A stretch of DNA of 64,000 bases from a bacterium. Its GTDB lineage: Bacteria > Patescibacteriota > Microgenomatia > Curtissbacterales > GWA2-41-24. The DNA is taken from contig JAKAJD010000002.1 in assembly GCA_021813945.1 (NCBI GenBank), positions 173,936 through 237,935 on the forward strand, given 5' to 3'. This document shows, piece after piece, positions 9,301-19,564 of this stretch (its first letter is position 1; each line of letters starts with the position of its first letter). The notes beneath the pieces were generated by a model. That model was not told the DNA's origin. It did not search any database and was given only the letters and a program-made list of their open reading frames with translations. Made by a program: the position numbers and the translations under genes.

Positions 9301-9957
9301 GTGCCAAGAATAACGGCAATTACTCCTCAAAAAAAGAAAATATCAAGATACAATATTTTTACAGACGACAAATTCGCCTTTGGAATAGAAGCGGAAAATT
9401 TACTGAAAAGAAATCTTAAAATAGGGCAAGAATTAAGCCAAGAAGAAACCAAAAAAATCATCAAAGAAGACAAACTTGGAAGTTTGCTAAATAAATCATT
9501 AAACTTTCTCTCCTTTCGACCTAGAAGCCAAAGCGAAGTAGAAGATTACTTGGCAAAAAAAATTGCAGCTGCAGAGGGCGTTAAATTTTCCGAAGCAAAG
9601 CAGAGTGTAATTATAATCCAAGTAGTAGATAAACTGAAAAATTATAAGTATTTAAATGATTATGAATTTGCCAAATGGCTTGTCGAGTCTAGGCTCACAT
9701 CAAACCCAAAAGGTCCAAAAATTATCGCTATGGAATTAAAAAGAAAAAAAGTTGATCAGGCAATAATCGAGAAAGTTTTAAATTCCCTCCCAAATCAAAA
9801 AGAGCTCGCTCTAAAATCACTCAAAAAAAAGCTAGAAAAATTTAATAAATTGACAAAACTCGACTTCAAGAAAAAGGTTTACATGTACCTAGGCTCAAGA
9901 GGTTTTGATTCTGAAACCATTCGCGAAACAATTGCCTTTTTAGAGAAAAAACGTTAA
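9301..9957 (+). CDS. recX: Regulatory protein RecX
   Basis: Immediately downstream of recA with a GTG start. 218 aa helical repeat protein (…YLNDYEFAKWLVESRL…) typical of RecX. Confidence 0.75.
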   Translation: MPRITAITPQKKKISRYNIFTDDKFAFGIEAENLLKRNLKIGQELSQEETKKIIKEDKLGSLLNKSLNFLSFRPRSQSEVEDYLAKKIAAAEGVKFSEAKQSVIIIQVVDKLKNYKYLNDYEFAKWLVESRLTSNPKGPKIIAMELKRKKVDQAIIEKVLNSLPNQKELALKSLKKKLEKFNKLTKLDFKKKVYMYLGSRGFDSETIRETIAFLEKKR

Positions 9958-10082
9958 AATTCACAGTTAGATAACCAGCGTAGAAGTAAAATTACTTTTG
10001 TTATGAAAAGAAGTATTTTTGGTTTTCTTCAGACAAAAATTATTTAACCCACTCCGGGTTCTTCTTTGTTGGTTTTTCAAGA

Positions 10083-11570
10083 ATGGCATATTACGACGAT
10101 AGAAATAAAAGACATGGCCAAAGCGGCTCTGCAAAGGTAGTTGTCTCAGTTGGCGATAATTCCTCCCAACATGGTTATCAAAGCCGGGACGCCAGGGACA
10201 TAATTCAAGATGCACGGGATGAGGCATTTCGAATCAAAAAAGCCGCAGAAGAAGAAGCGCGCAAAATTCGGCAAGAGTCTTTAGAAATAGAAGAAAGAAT
10301 CGCCCAAAAAGAAGAATCTCTCGACTCAAAGCTCTCGCAAGCATCTAAGCTTGAAGAAAAAATTGAATCTGCCAAAAAAGCTCTCGATCAAAAAGATCAA
10401 GAACTTACAAAAGTCAGATCAGAGCTTATTGAAAAACTTAGCAAGGTTTCTCAATTAACAGCTCAAGAAGCAAAGAAACTTATTCTAGAAAACGTTGAAG
10501 AGCAATTAAAAAGCGAAATTTCAAAAAGAATCAAAGAAGCAGAAGAAACGATTAAGGCAGAGTCAGCCGCAAAAAGCAAGGAAATTATTGTCAATGCCAT
10601 GATCTCGGGCGCCACGGATTGGGTTGCAGAGTATACCGTTTCGACAGTCAAACTTGAATCGGACGATTTGAAAGGAAGAATAATCGGAAAAGAAGGCCGA
10701 AATATCAGGTCCTTCGAGTTGGCAACCGGAGTTGATGTCGAGCTCGATAGCGACATCCAGGGTGAAGTTAGACTCTCCTCTTTTGACCCGGTTCGCCGCG
10801 AAGTTGCCAGAATAGCCTTAGAAGAGTTGGTCAAAGATGCTCGTATCCAACCAACAAGAATCGAACAAATCGTCCAAAAGGTGAAAGGTCATGTTCAATC
10901 GGACATGTCAGAAGCAGGCAAAAAAGCGGCCAACGAACTTGGTCTATACAACCTTCCACAGGAAGCGCTGGACACTTTAGGTCGTCTCAAATTTCGCTAT
11001 TCATACGGGCAAAACCAATTAATTGCAAGCTTGGAAACCGGAAAAATTGCCAAAAAAATCGCCCAGGAAATTGGAGCAAACGAAATTACATGTGCTACAG
11101 GAGGTCTCTTTCACGACATTGGTAAAACCGAGATTGACAAAGAAGGAACCCATGTTCAGCTTGGTGTCCAGCTTGCCAAAAAATGGAATTTCCCTCAGGC
11201 AGTAGTAGATTGTATCGCTCAACATCATGAAGATGAGCCTTTCAGCTCAATAGAATCAATAATCGTTCATGTTGCGGATGCTGTTTCTGGAGCCCGCCCT
11301 GGAGCCCGACACGAGGCTGTCGAGGATTATATAAAACGCCTTTCCGATATAGAAAATGTCGCTACTTCATTTCAAGGTGTCGAAAAGGCTTATGCAATTC
11401 AAGCGGGCAGAGAAGTCAGAGTAATTGTCCAACCGAACATAATAGACGACGAGGGTATCATCACTCTATCCCACGACATAAGACAAAAATTAGAATCGCA
11501 ACTAAATTATCCCGGGCAAATAGTGGTTACTGTTATTCGAGAGACCAGGGCGCAAGATATTGCCAAGTAA
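10083..11570 (+). CDS. rny: Ribonuclease Y (KH + HD domains); the N-terminal transmembrane anchor is not evident
   Basis: Has a coiled-coil region, a KH domain (LKGRIIGKEGRNIRSFELATGVDV) and an HD domain (GGLFHDIGK…QHHEDEP…VHVADAVSGARPG). Confidence 0.85.
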   Translation: MAYYDDRNKRHGQSGSAKVVVSVGDNSSQHGYQSRDARDIIQDARDEAFRIKKAAEEEARKIRQESLEIEERIAQKEESLDSKLSQASKLEEKIESAKKALDQKDQELTKVRSELIEKLSKVSQLTAQEAKKLILENVEEQLKSEISKRIKEAEETIKAESAAKSKEIIVNAMISGATDWVAEYTVSTVKLESDDLKGRIIGKEGRNIRSFELATGVDVELDSDIQGEVRLSSFDPVRREVARIALEELVKDARIQPTRIEQIVQKVKGHVQSDMSEAGKKAANELGLYNLPQEALDTLGRLKFRYSYGQNQLIASLETGKIAKKIAQEIGANEITCATGGLFHDIGKTEIDKEGTHVQLGVQLAKKWNFPQAVVDCIAQHHEDEPFSSIESIIVHVADAVSGARPGARHEAVEDYIKRLSDIENVATSFQGVEKAYAIQAGREVRVIVQPNIIDDEGIITLSHDIRQKLESQLNYPGQIVVTVIRETRAQDIAK

Positions 11571-11598
11571 TTGTCTCCTTGTTATAATAACCCTTCAA

Positions 11599-11871
11599 AT
11601 GACAAAGAAAGAACTTACAGAAAGAGTAGCTAAAAAGGTCGGTTTGACCCGCAAATCGGCGGAACAGACCGTCAATGCTATCTTTGGCATAATTAAGGAG
11701 TCAATGGTAAAAGGTGACAAAGTCGTAATTACCGGCTTTGGAACTTTCAAAGTCAGAAAACGTGCTACACGTGCTGGAAGAAATCCTCAAACAGGTTCAT
11801 CAATAAAAATTGCCGGCCACAAACTTCCTGGATTTACCGCAGGCAAAACCCTTAAACGTCTTATAAAATAA
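11599..11871 (+). CDS. hup: DNA-binding protein HU
   Basis: MTKKELTERVAKKVGLTRKSAEQTVNAIFGIIKESMVKGDKVVITGFGTFKVRKRATRAGRNPQTG… is a classic HU/IHF fold. The start is placed at the internal ATG of the ORF beginning at 11560. Confidence 0.85.
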   Translation: MTKKELTERVAKKVGLTRKSAEQTVNAIFGIIKESMVKGDKVVITGFGTFKVRKRATRAGRNPQTGSSIKIAGHKLPGFTAGKTLKRLIK

Positions 11872-11882
11872 AATCAGAAAAA

Positions 11883-12212
11883 TTAAGCAGCCTTAGGAAG
11901 TTGATTCTTTTTTCTGGCAGCTCGTTTTTCTCGTACTTGCAATATGTATTTGGGCAAAGGTAAATGTCCAGAATTAGAAATGTTAATTATCTTACCAGAA
12001 GAAATTGGTAGTGGCTCAACTTCAATTCCTCCTCCCGACTCCTCATCCTCAACCTCTGCATCGCGCACCTCGGACCTAGTTGCACTTAAGGTTCGCATTA
12101 AGTCTTCAGTTATTTGGTATTGAGCAGAGTCTTTTGGGTTATCAAATACAATCACTTCACCTTTGATTGTTGTGACTGGTGAACCCACGACTCTATCTTT
12201 TCCGTTTCCCAT
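11883..12212 (-). CDS. Hypothetical protein, acidic/Gly-rich, 109 aa
   Basis: ORF with a plausible GAGGAG RBS upstream. Convergent with hup. No family recognised. Confidence 0.35.
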   Translation of the reverse strand: MGNGKDRVVGSPVTTIKGEVIVFDNPKDSAQYQITEDLMRTLSATRSEVRDAEVEDEESGGGIEVEPLPISSGKIINISNSGHLPLPKYILQVREKRAARKKNQLPKAA

Positions 12213-12295
12213 AAAAAAACCGCTCCTCGGCTGGTCGCAATATACAGCTTTTATGCCTGGAAGTCAAACAAAAACCTATGCTAAAATCACAAAAA

Positions 12296-13447
12296 ATGCA
12301 AAATACTTTTTACATCAAAACCTTTGGTTGTCAACAAAACCACGCAGACAGTCAAAGGATTGCAAGCTATTACTTAGCGCGCGGATTTAAAAAAGCAAAA
12401 ACTTCAAAATCTGCTACTGACATTGTCATAAACACATGCATGATCCGCCAATCAGCGGAAGACAGGGTAACGGGTTTGGTAAAAAACATTGCAAAATCTC
12501 GAAAAATCAAACCTAAAATCGTTGTAACAGGTTGTATGGTTGGTATGGCTACAAGAGACGAGACTGGTAAATACATCAAAGCTTTACGGCATCGAATGCC
12601 CGAAGTAGATGAATTTTTGCCGCTCGAAGAGGTAGGTTTCGACTACCCTGCTCTAAGATCCGACGTATCCCACGCTTGGGTCCCAATTTCCAATGGTTGT
12701 AACAACTTTTGCACCTTTTGCGTTGTTCCATTTACCAGAGGAAGAGAAATATCAAGACCATATGAAGGGATAATAAAAGAAATCGTTGATTTAGCTAAAA
12801 AAGGCTGCAAGGAAGTAACACTTCTTGGCCAAAATGTTAATTCATACGGATCAGACCTTATAAAAAATCAGAAAAGCTACAAATTACCAAACGGTAAAAC
12901 TGTGAAACCGGTTATGGTTAAACATTTGGGTAAATATCGAATACCAACACTATTTCCATATCTTTTAGAAGATGTTTGCAAAATTAAAGGGATCAAAACT
13001 GTTAAATTTATATCGTCAAACCCTTGGGATTTTTCAGATGAGCTCATTGCCACAATAGCTAGAAATAAAAAGATAGATCGAAACTTGCACATTGCTGTCC
13101 AATCTGGAGATGATAAAATTCTCAAAAAAATGAATAGGTGGTATACCAGATCTCAATACCAAAATCTCATCAAAAAAATTAAAACTCAAATTCCTAATGC
13201 CCAAATATCTACCGATATAATTGTCGGGTTTCCTGGTGAAAGCGAAAAAGAATTTCAAAACACTGTTAAATTGTCTAAAGCTGCAAATTTTACTTATGCT
13301 TATATTTCAAAATACTCGGACCGTCCCAGCACTGCCGCCCATAAGGCATTAGGTGATGATGTTACACATGCTGAAAAAGACAAACGTTTCCATATTCTAG
13401 ATGATTTAATTAACCATAAAGGAAATAAAAGGACTGCAATACGCTAA
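12296..13447 (+). CDS. miaB: Radical-SAM methylthiotransferase, MiaB/RimO family (short form, the TRAM domain may be absent)
   Basis: N-terminal UPF0004 motif FYIKTFGCQQNHADSQ. Radical SAM CxxxCxxC (CNNFCTFCVVP). The length is ~383 aa counted from the internal ATG. Confidence 0.75.
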   Translation: MQNTFYIKTFGCQQNHADSQRIASYYLARGFKKAKTSKSATDIVINTCMIRQSAEDRVTGLVKNIAKSRKIKPKIVVTGCMVGMATRDETGKYIKALRHRMPEVDEFLPLEEVGFDYPALRSDVSHAWVPISNGCNNFCTFCVVPFTRGREISRPYEGIIKEIVDLAKKGCKEVTLLGQNVNSYGSDLIKNQKSYKLPNGKTVKPVMVKHLGKYRIPTLFPYLLEDVCKIKGIKTVKFISSNPWDFSDELIATIARNKKIDRNLHIAVQSGDDKILKKMNRWYTRSQYQNLIKKIKTQIPNAQISTDIIVGFPGESEKEFQNTVKLSKAANFTYAYISKYSDRPSTAAHKALGDDVTHAEKDKRFHILDDLINHKGNKRTAIR

Positions 13448-13881
13448 TGAAAAATGTAAAAAGAAATTTTAATTTTCCCCAAGTTGGAATAGGTATCATG
13501 ATAAGAAAAAACGGAAAAGTTTTAATGCATCAGCGCAAAAATAGTCATGGATCTGGCGAATATGCGTTTCCAGGAGGACATTTAGAAAAAGGGGAATCTT
13601 TTGCAAATTGCGCCAGGCGAGAAACCAAAGAGGAAGCGGGAATCGAAATTAAAAATATAAAATTCCAATATCTTGCTAACGTAAAAAAATATCGCGATAA
13701 GCACTACGTCCACATCGGTCTAACCGCAGACTGGAGATCTGGCACCCCAAAAAATCTCGAACCTGAAAAAGGAACAGAGTGGTTTTGGGCTGATCCTCAA
13801 AAATTACCAAAGCCTTTATTTGAGATGTGTAAATTGAGCCTAAAATTTCTCAAAACTAAACGCAATTACCTAGATGCATAA
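13447..13881 (+). CDS. Nudix hydrolase
   Basis: Nudix box GGHLEKGESFANCARRETKEEAGIE. Confidence 0.8.
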   Translation: MKNVKRNFNFPQVGIGIMIRKNGKVLMHQRKNSHGSGEYAFPGGHLEKGESFANCARRETKEEAGIEIKNIKFQYLANVKKYRDKHYVHIGLTADWRSGTPKNLEPEKGTEWFWADPQKLPKPLFEMCKLSLKFLKTKRNYLDA

Positions 13882-13894
13882 ATTTTGCAAATTG

Positions 13895-15418
13895 TTATAA
13901 CTTCTCCATATCCTTTTGGGTAAGGTTAAAAATTAACCATGTATACCCGATATTTCCGACTGGTTTTTTATCAAGCCGCCTAAGCCATTCGAAATTTCCG
14001 TATTTCCAAAGATTGTAATTATTGACATCAACGATAATTATCCCAGTCTCTGGAATTTGTGGTTCAACTTTTACATCTGGATGGCTTGCAATATAGCTTT
14101 GCAAAAAAAGATTATTTTGCCCCCAATCTAAGCTCGAATCGACGAAATATTTGTAAGCGTTATTGGGGCCGCCGAAGCCTTCATTAACATATTCTAAGAA
14201 ATGTGGTGCAATCGTTACAGTTTTTATAACGTACCAACAAATTAAAAAAATTAAAACAAAATCAAAAGTTCGGTGCCGCACGACAGATTTCGGCCTGTAA
14301 ATTACAATTTTACTCGCTAGAATGAAAATAAACGGATATATCGGCAAAAGATACCTAAGCCCAATCGCTATGTGATTTACAAAACTCATGTACCAAGTAA
14401 ATATGATAGTAAAGAATAAAAATACTGTTTCGGTTTTAGAACGAATGAACCCTTTTCTTAAGCCAAATATAAAAACAAAGAGAATTAGAATTAAAAGAGG
14501 AAGAGGTGTTTTTATAATAAATGTTGCAGGGAAGACGTACCAAGGCGCCTTAATATATTGCTGTCCCCAAAACCATCCCCACCAGCCCCCGCTAGAAGTT
14601 TTAAATTGAAGATCAAGCCCCATCAAAAACGGTTTTGGAAACAAATACAGGACCAATCTTAAAGGGCTGTTGGATAATAGGGATAAAATAGAGCTTTCAA
14701 AATAATTTGGTATCTGTAATGAGCCATGAAATAAATAGGCAGCATTTAAGATGAAAATTGAGATGGCGAAAGAAATTGCCAAACTTCCGGAAACTTTCAT
14801 AAATTCTTCTTTTTTGGTAACAAATAGTATGTAAACAAGAATAAATGGAAAAAGAACAAGTGCAGTATATTTCGTTAGTAAAGTAAACCCAAGGCATATT
14901 CCAAGAATAATTGCAGCTTTTAGTGTTCTCGTACTTATAAAGTAGGAAAATGAAAAAACCGAAAGTAAAAAGCCGAATGAGCTGATAAAATCAGGGGTGA
15001 TAAATCTACTGTGGGCGAGAATCTCTGGGTTAAACAAAAAAAGTGTTAAGGCCAGAAGTGCTGCCAAAAAGCCGTATATTGACATAGCAATAAAAAAAAC
15101 AGCTAATGCGAAAAAAGGAAAAAGTAGGATTATAGGAAATCTAGCCCAAAAAAGCTGAGAATTTACATCGCCAACAGTAGCATAATTAGAATAAATATTA
15201 GCAAGATAATACATCATTGGAGGATGCAATCTTTCATATACGTCACTCCAATCAGGATTTTTTATTAGATTTCGTGCAGCCGTTATATATTTTATTTCGT
15301 CAATATTTGCTGAAATATACTTCACCTGGTAGAGCTGGATTATTTGCGCTGCAATAATTACAGACAAAACAATAAATATTTTTATCGGCATATAGCTTCT
15401 TAACTTTATTAATTTCAT
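13895..15418 (-). CDS. GT-C fold membrane glycosyltransferase (PMT/ArnT-like, family 39/83-like)
   Basis: 507 aa with ~12 TM helices. N-terminal YITPD-like loop. It is the first of three tandem paralog-like genes. Confidence 0.65.
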   Translation of the reverse strand: MKLIKLRSYMPIKIFIVLSVIIAAQIIQLYQVKYISANIDEIKYITAARNLIKNPDWSDVYERLHPPMMYYLANIYSNYATVGDVNSQLFWARFPIILLFPFFALAVFFIAMSIYGFLAALLALTLFLFNPEILAHSRFITPDFISSFGFLLSVFSFSYFISTRTLKAAIILGICLGFTLLTKYTALVLFPFILVYILFVTKKEEFMKVSGSLAISFAISIFILNAAYLFHGSLQIPNYFESSILSLLSNSPLRLVLYLFPKPFLMGLDLQFKTSSGGWWGWFWGQQYIKAPWYVFPATFIIKTPLPLLILILFVFIFGLRKGFIRSKTETVFLFFTIIFTWYMSFVNHIAIGLRYLLPIYPFIFILASKIVIYRPKSVVRHRTFDFVLIFLICWYVIKTVTIAPHFLEYVNEGFGGPNNAYKYFVDSSLDWGQNNLFLQSYIASHPDVKVEPQIPETGIIIVDVNNYNLWKYGNFEWLRRLDKKPVGNIGYTWLIFNLTQKDMEKL

Positions 15419-15447
15419 AAAATACTAATTAAGGACAATAACTTATG

Positions 15448-16716
15448 TTATCTCCAAGTTGAAAGCCACATGTAGTTGCCAATTGAAGTAGGATCGATTG
15501 GCAACCCAGAAGTAATCGGATAAAAATATAAAAAGCTTAATATAAAAAGTCCAATAATAAAAAGTGAAACAACCATCAGTTTAGTTTTATAAATTTCCTT
15601 GAAGCAATATCCCAGTCCAACTGCCAAAAAAGGAATAGAAGGTAAGTAGTGATAAAAGAATAGAATTCTAGGAGTAAAAATCCAGGGCAGCCAAAAAACA
15701 AAATAACCTAAAAGGATTAATAAAAATTTATCATTTCTTTCCTCAATATATTTTCCAATAATGTATGAAATACCAATTATTCCAACCCAAAGGACCAGTG
15801 GATTTCCTAATGCATATATGAAACCAGCCTTAGGTCCGTACTGCTCATAAGAAAAGTAAACGCCTCGCGCATCGAGTATCCACGGGCAAAAAGTTCTCGG
15901 ACCGTCGAGCCCTTGCGGTACACAAAAAATGGGAGTCGTGCCGTAAGAATGTTTAAGATCATGTCTGTTTTGATACCACCATATTTGTTTATGTAAATCT
16001 ATGAATTGTTGTATAGAATGCCCTTGAATCCAAAACTGTCCGTAAGAGCCAATGTACATAATCGCTGGAATAATGATAAGAAGTCCTAACTTGATATTTA
16101 TCTTTCTTTCTTTTAAATCAAGATAACCAAGGTATAAACCTACGGCCCCTATTGCATATAGCCCTGTCCATTTTGAAGCAACAGCAAGCCCCAAAAATAA
16201 GCTTGTTAAAATCAAGAGATTTAACCTTTTCTCTTTTGCGTACAGGGCAGCAAAAATAAATCCACAAAGGGAGAATAAATCGATAAAAGCATCATTCATT
16301 GTTATTCTGCTCATTACAAAAGTTAAATTCTCAAATGCAATAGTAGTTGCTGCAAATATCGCCGCAATTGGCCCAAACAAAATATATGCTAGTAAAAAAG
16401 TAACCGGAATTATTGCTGTTCCCACAATTACACTTGGAAGCCTCCACCCCAAAGGTTTATCTCCAATAATTTTTATTGATGCTGCCTGAATGAGTTTTGC
16501 TAAAGGTGGATGTAACCAGTCATATGCTGTGCCGGCCTTTGGTGCAGGGGAAAAAGGATCGTAAGGAGCTGGATTATTTTGAGCATAGGCTTCCGCTGTT
16601 ACAGCGTGGTAGACTTCATCAAAATAATAGTGGTTAGGCTCTGTGATTCTATATAATCTAAGGCCAAGAGAAAAGACTGTCAAAAATACAATAAAAATAA
16701 TGGAAATTCTTTTCAT
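15448..16716 (-). CDS. Dolichyl-phosphate-mannose protein mannosyltransferase/ArnT-like glycosyltransferase (GT39/GT83)
   Basis: N-terminal loop motif YYFDEVYHA…DWLHPPLAKL is characteristic of PMT/ArnT. A multi-TM protein. Confidence 0.8.
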   Translation of the reverse strand: MKRISIIFIVFLTVFSLGLRLYRITEPNHYYFDEVYHAVTAEAYAQNNPAPYDPFSPAPKAGTAYDWLHPPLAKLIQAASIKIIGDKPLGWRLPSVIVGTAIIPVTFLLAYILFGPIAAIFAATTIAFENLTFVMSRITMNDAFIDLFSLCGFIFAALYAKEKRLNLLILTSLFLGLAVASKWTGLYAIGAVGLYLGYLDLKERKINIKLGLLIIIPAIMYIGSYGQFWIQGHSIQQFIDLHKQIWWYQNRHDLKHSYGTTPIFCVPQGLDGPRTFCPWILDARGVYFSYEQYGPKAGFIYALGNPLVLWVGIIGISYIIGKYIEERNDKFLLILLGYFVFWLPWIFTPRILFFYHYLPSIPFLAVGLGYCFKEIYKTKLMVVSLFIIGLFILSFLYFYPITSGLPIDPTSIGNYMWLSTWR

Positions 16717-16751
16717 TTTAAATTAATTTTAAACAACAAAATCTCCATTAT

Positions 16752-18503
16752 CTAGTTTAGTTTAAAAATTCGAAAGGAATTATTCTGGAAAACAAGTCGA
16801 TAATTCCTCTCAAAAGCACTCACGTTCGCGTGCCAATCAAAAATAGCGGTTGGATCAACCACAACAAACTTTCCACTATAAGAATCAGCTATAAACTTCC
16901 AGACAACTGGATCAGAGTAAAACATTTTTAAGTCCTGCTCACGCTTTCCGTATTCAATGCCTCTTGTCCAAAGCCAACCTGGATATCCAACTAAAACGGG
17001 TCTTCCTGCAAGCGAGGATACAGGATTTAAATGACTCGAAGAGGTGATAATATTTTGGCCATATGGGAGATCATTTTTTATAAAATCGGCCATTTCAATT
17101 GCATCTGTATTAAAAATTATGGGAAGTTTTTCATTAGGAACTAAAAATCTGGGAATTTGATCGATGAAACCGGAAAAAGTTCCCAGGGTAAAAAACGCAA
17201 AAAACAAAATTGCCCCTAAAATTTTGCTATATTTCAAAAGCCAAACAAAAAAAGCTACAAATATAGGAGCTGCAAAAAACTGAAAATATACCAAAATTTT
17301 GTTATTGTCATAATCCCAAGGCTGGAATCTTACGAGCTGTACCGCCAAAAATAGCGTTGCTCCGCATAACCACCACCAGCCAATACCTTTAAATTGCAAC
17401 TTGAAACTGCGATGCCCGAAAACTATAAGGAATCCACCAATAATAAATATTGGAAGAACCACGCCAAAGTTTAAAATGAGAAAGTTGAAAAAGGGAAGGA
17501 TCGAACCGCCCAAAAATCCGCTTCGGGCATCAAATTTTATCGATCCGATTGTTGGTTCAACCATCCAACCGAGCCTAAATTTCAGAAATGATCCCCCAGA
17601 AATTGCTGACGTGTTCCCTTGGAGTAAATAAATAATTTGCGGTCCTGCGATTAAAAATATTAATGTTCCCAGAATCGCAAGTCTTCGAACTAACTCAGCA
17701 TTTTTCCTAACTATTGCCAAAATTCCCGTAACAGCAAGTATCAACCCCATTGCAATGAAAGTGTGGAAATGGCCTAAAGGGCCGATTCCAACAATAAGCC
17801 CCAAAATTATTGTCTTAATGTTGTTTTTCGGATTGCGTAACCAACTTTCTAAAACTAGCATGAATAGCGCGAAATCAAGTATTCCAAAGAAAAATGACCT
17901 TTGATGAAGTAAAACCAATGAAAGTGGTGCTCCCCATCCAATATTCTGGTTAGGAAATACAGCATCATATCTAGTAATCGTTGAAGCTGTCGTATTAACG
18001 AGATAGTTTATGAATCCTTCGAAACTATGATTTGCGTAAGTACCCAGATAATTTTGAAAATGCCAGTTTGCCCCGAAACCCGATCCGAAAAGAAAAATAA
18101 TAACTGCCAAAACTGCGGCCCAACCAGATTTCAAAAATTTTCTATAAATTAAAAAGGTTATTATTGTCGCAAGTGACATAAAAGTCATTGCAGGAAACTG
18201 CAGGGCAAAATACCATCTTCCGGTAGATTGCAGTATAAACCCGCTTATTAAATTGATTAAGAACGAATACCTCATCCGCTCACCTGTAAAAATTGGTTCG
18301 TTAAAATCGATCTTTTTCTCGAAGGCAAATTTTGAAACCTCAGTCATATGAAAAGGGATATCACCATAACCTGCAGCGGCAGCCCGCATGTTTCCTTGTT
18401 TATCTATCAAGAAGGTTTTTGAAATCAAAAAAAGGTGAAACAATATTACCAAAGATAAAACAAAAAAAGGCCCCCAAGAAATTCTAGAAATTGACCACTT
18501 CAT
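16752..18503 (-). CDS. Large polytopic membrane protein, putative GT-C glycosyltransferase
   Basis: 583 aa with >12 TM segments. Tandem with the two PMT-like genes. Confidence 0.5.
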   Translation of the reverse strand: MKWSISRISWGPFFVLSLVILFHLFLISKTFLIDKQGNMRAAAAGYGDIPFHMTEVSKFAFEKKIDFNEPIFTGERMRYSFLINLISGFILQSTGRWYFALQFPAMTFMSLATIITFLIYRKFLKSGWAAVLAVIIFLFGSGFGANWHFQNYLGTYANHSFEGFINYLVNTTASTITRYDAVFPNQNIGWGAPLSLVLLHQRSFFFGILDFALFMLVLESWLRNPKNNIKTIILGLIVGIGPLGHFHTFIAMGLILAVTGILAIVRKNAELVRRLAILGTLIFLIAGPQIIYLLQGNTSAISGGSFLKFRLGWMVEPTIGSIKFDARSGFLGGSILPFFNFLILNFGVVLPIFIIGGFLIVFGHRSFKLQFKGIGWWWLCGATLFLAVQLVRFQPWDYDNNKILVYFQFFAAPIFVAFFVWLLKYSKILGAILFFAFFTLGTFSGFIDQIPRFLVPNEKLPIIFNTDAIEMADFIKNDLPYGQNIITSSSHLNPVSSLAGRPVLVGYPGWLWTRGIEYGKREQDLKMFYSDPVVWKFIADSYSGKFVVVDPTAIFDWHANVSAFERNYRLVFQNNSFRIFKLN

Positions 18504-18564
18504 ATAAATCCATTATATTCGCTTTGTTCGTGTAATTTCTCGAAAGATTCAGAATCAAATATAA

Positions 18565-19521
18565 GTGAAGAAAACGAAAAAAGATAAACCCAAATTACTT
18601 GTAATTTATGGGCCAACAGTCACAGGCAAAACAGCTCTAGCCATTAAACTGGCCAAAAAATTTAATGGAGAAATCATTTCCGCAGACTCCAGGCAAGTAT
18701 ATAAGGGTTTAGATATCGGAACAGGAAAGGTAAACTTCAGCTCAAAAGTTGAAAAACATCAAGGTTACTGGATTGTAGATGACATAAAAGTTCACGGTTT
18801 CGATGTTTTAAATCCCGGAAAACAATATTCGGTCTCAGAATTTATTGATTACGGATCAAAATCCGTCACAAGCATCACAAAACTTGGCAAGCTACCTATA
18901 TTAGTTGGTGGCACGGGCTTTTATATTAAATCTTTCCTTTATGGTCTTGAATCGCAAGGTATAAGAAAAAACACAAGACTGCGGAATTCTTTAAGTAAAT
19001 TATCTGCCTTACAGCTTTTTGAAAAGTTAAGAAAACTAAATCCGCAAAAGGCAGCTTCATTAAATAGGTCGGACGTCAATAACCCTAGACGCTTAATAAG
19101 GACAATAGAAATCGAAAAATCAACTTCCAAGCAAGCAAACCTTAACACGCAGCGATTTGTAGGAAAGATTAAAATCATTGGTCTTACAGCTCCAAACGAA
19201 TATTTATATAGAAAAGCAGATAAGTGGTTAGAGGATCGGCTGAAAGCCGGCCTGGCTGATGAGATAAAAAAACTTATGGAAACTGTTGATTCCCACTGGC
19301 TTTCGTCTTTAGGTTTGGAATATAAATGGTTAGCGCTTTCTTCTCTAGGGAAGAAAGAAACAGTTGAGGCCATCAAAAGATTGAAAGGTGATATTCACGC
19401 TTACATCAGACGTCAAAAAACATGGTTTAAACAATTCAAAAATATAATGATTTACGACATTTCTAAAAAAGAGGAAACAGAATTGGTTGTGAGAAATATT
19501 GAAAATTTTGTTAAGAATTGA
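18565..19521 (+). CDS. miaA: tRNA dimethylallyltransferase
   Basis: P-loop GPTVTGKTALAI, then …SADSRQVYKGLDIGTGK…. Confidence 0.9.
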   Translation: MKKTKKDKPKLLVIYGPTVTGKTALAIKLAKKFNGEIISADSRQVYKGLDIGTGKVNFSSKVEKHQGYWIVDDIKVHGFDVLNPGKQYSVSEFIDYGSKSVTSITKLGKLPILVGGTGFYIKSFLYGLESQGIRKNTRLRNSLSKLSALQLFEKLRKLNPQKAASLNRSDVNNPRRLIRTIEIEKSTSKQANLNTQRFVGKIKIIGLTAPNEYLYRKADKWLEDRLKAGLADEIKKLMETVDSHWLSSLGLEYKWLALSSLGKKETVEAIKRLKGDIHAYIRRQKTWFKQFKNIMIYDISKKEETELVVRNIENFVKN

Positions 19522-19564
19522 CTGAAATTGCGCTTTTCGGCAAAGCTGAGCTATACTCGATTGG

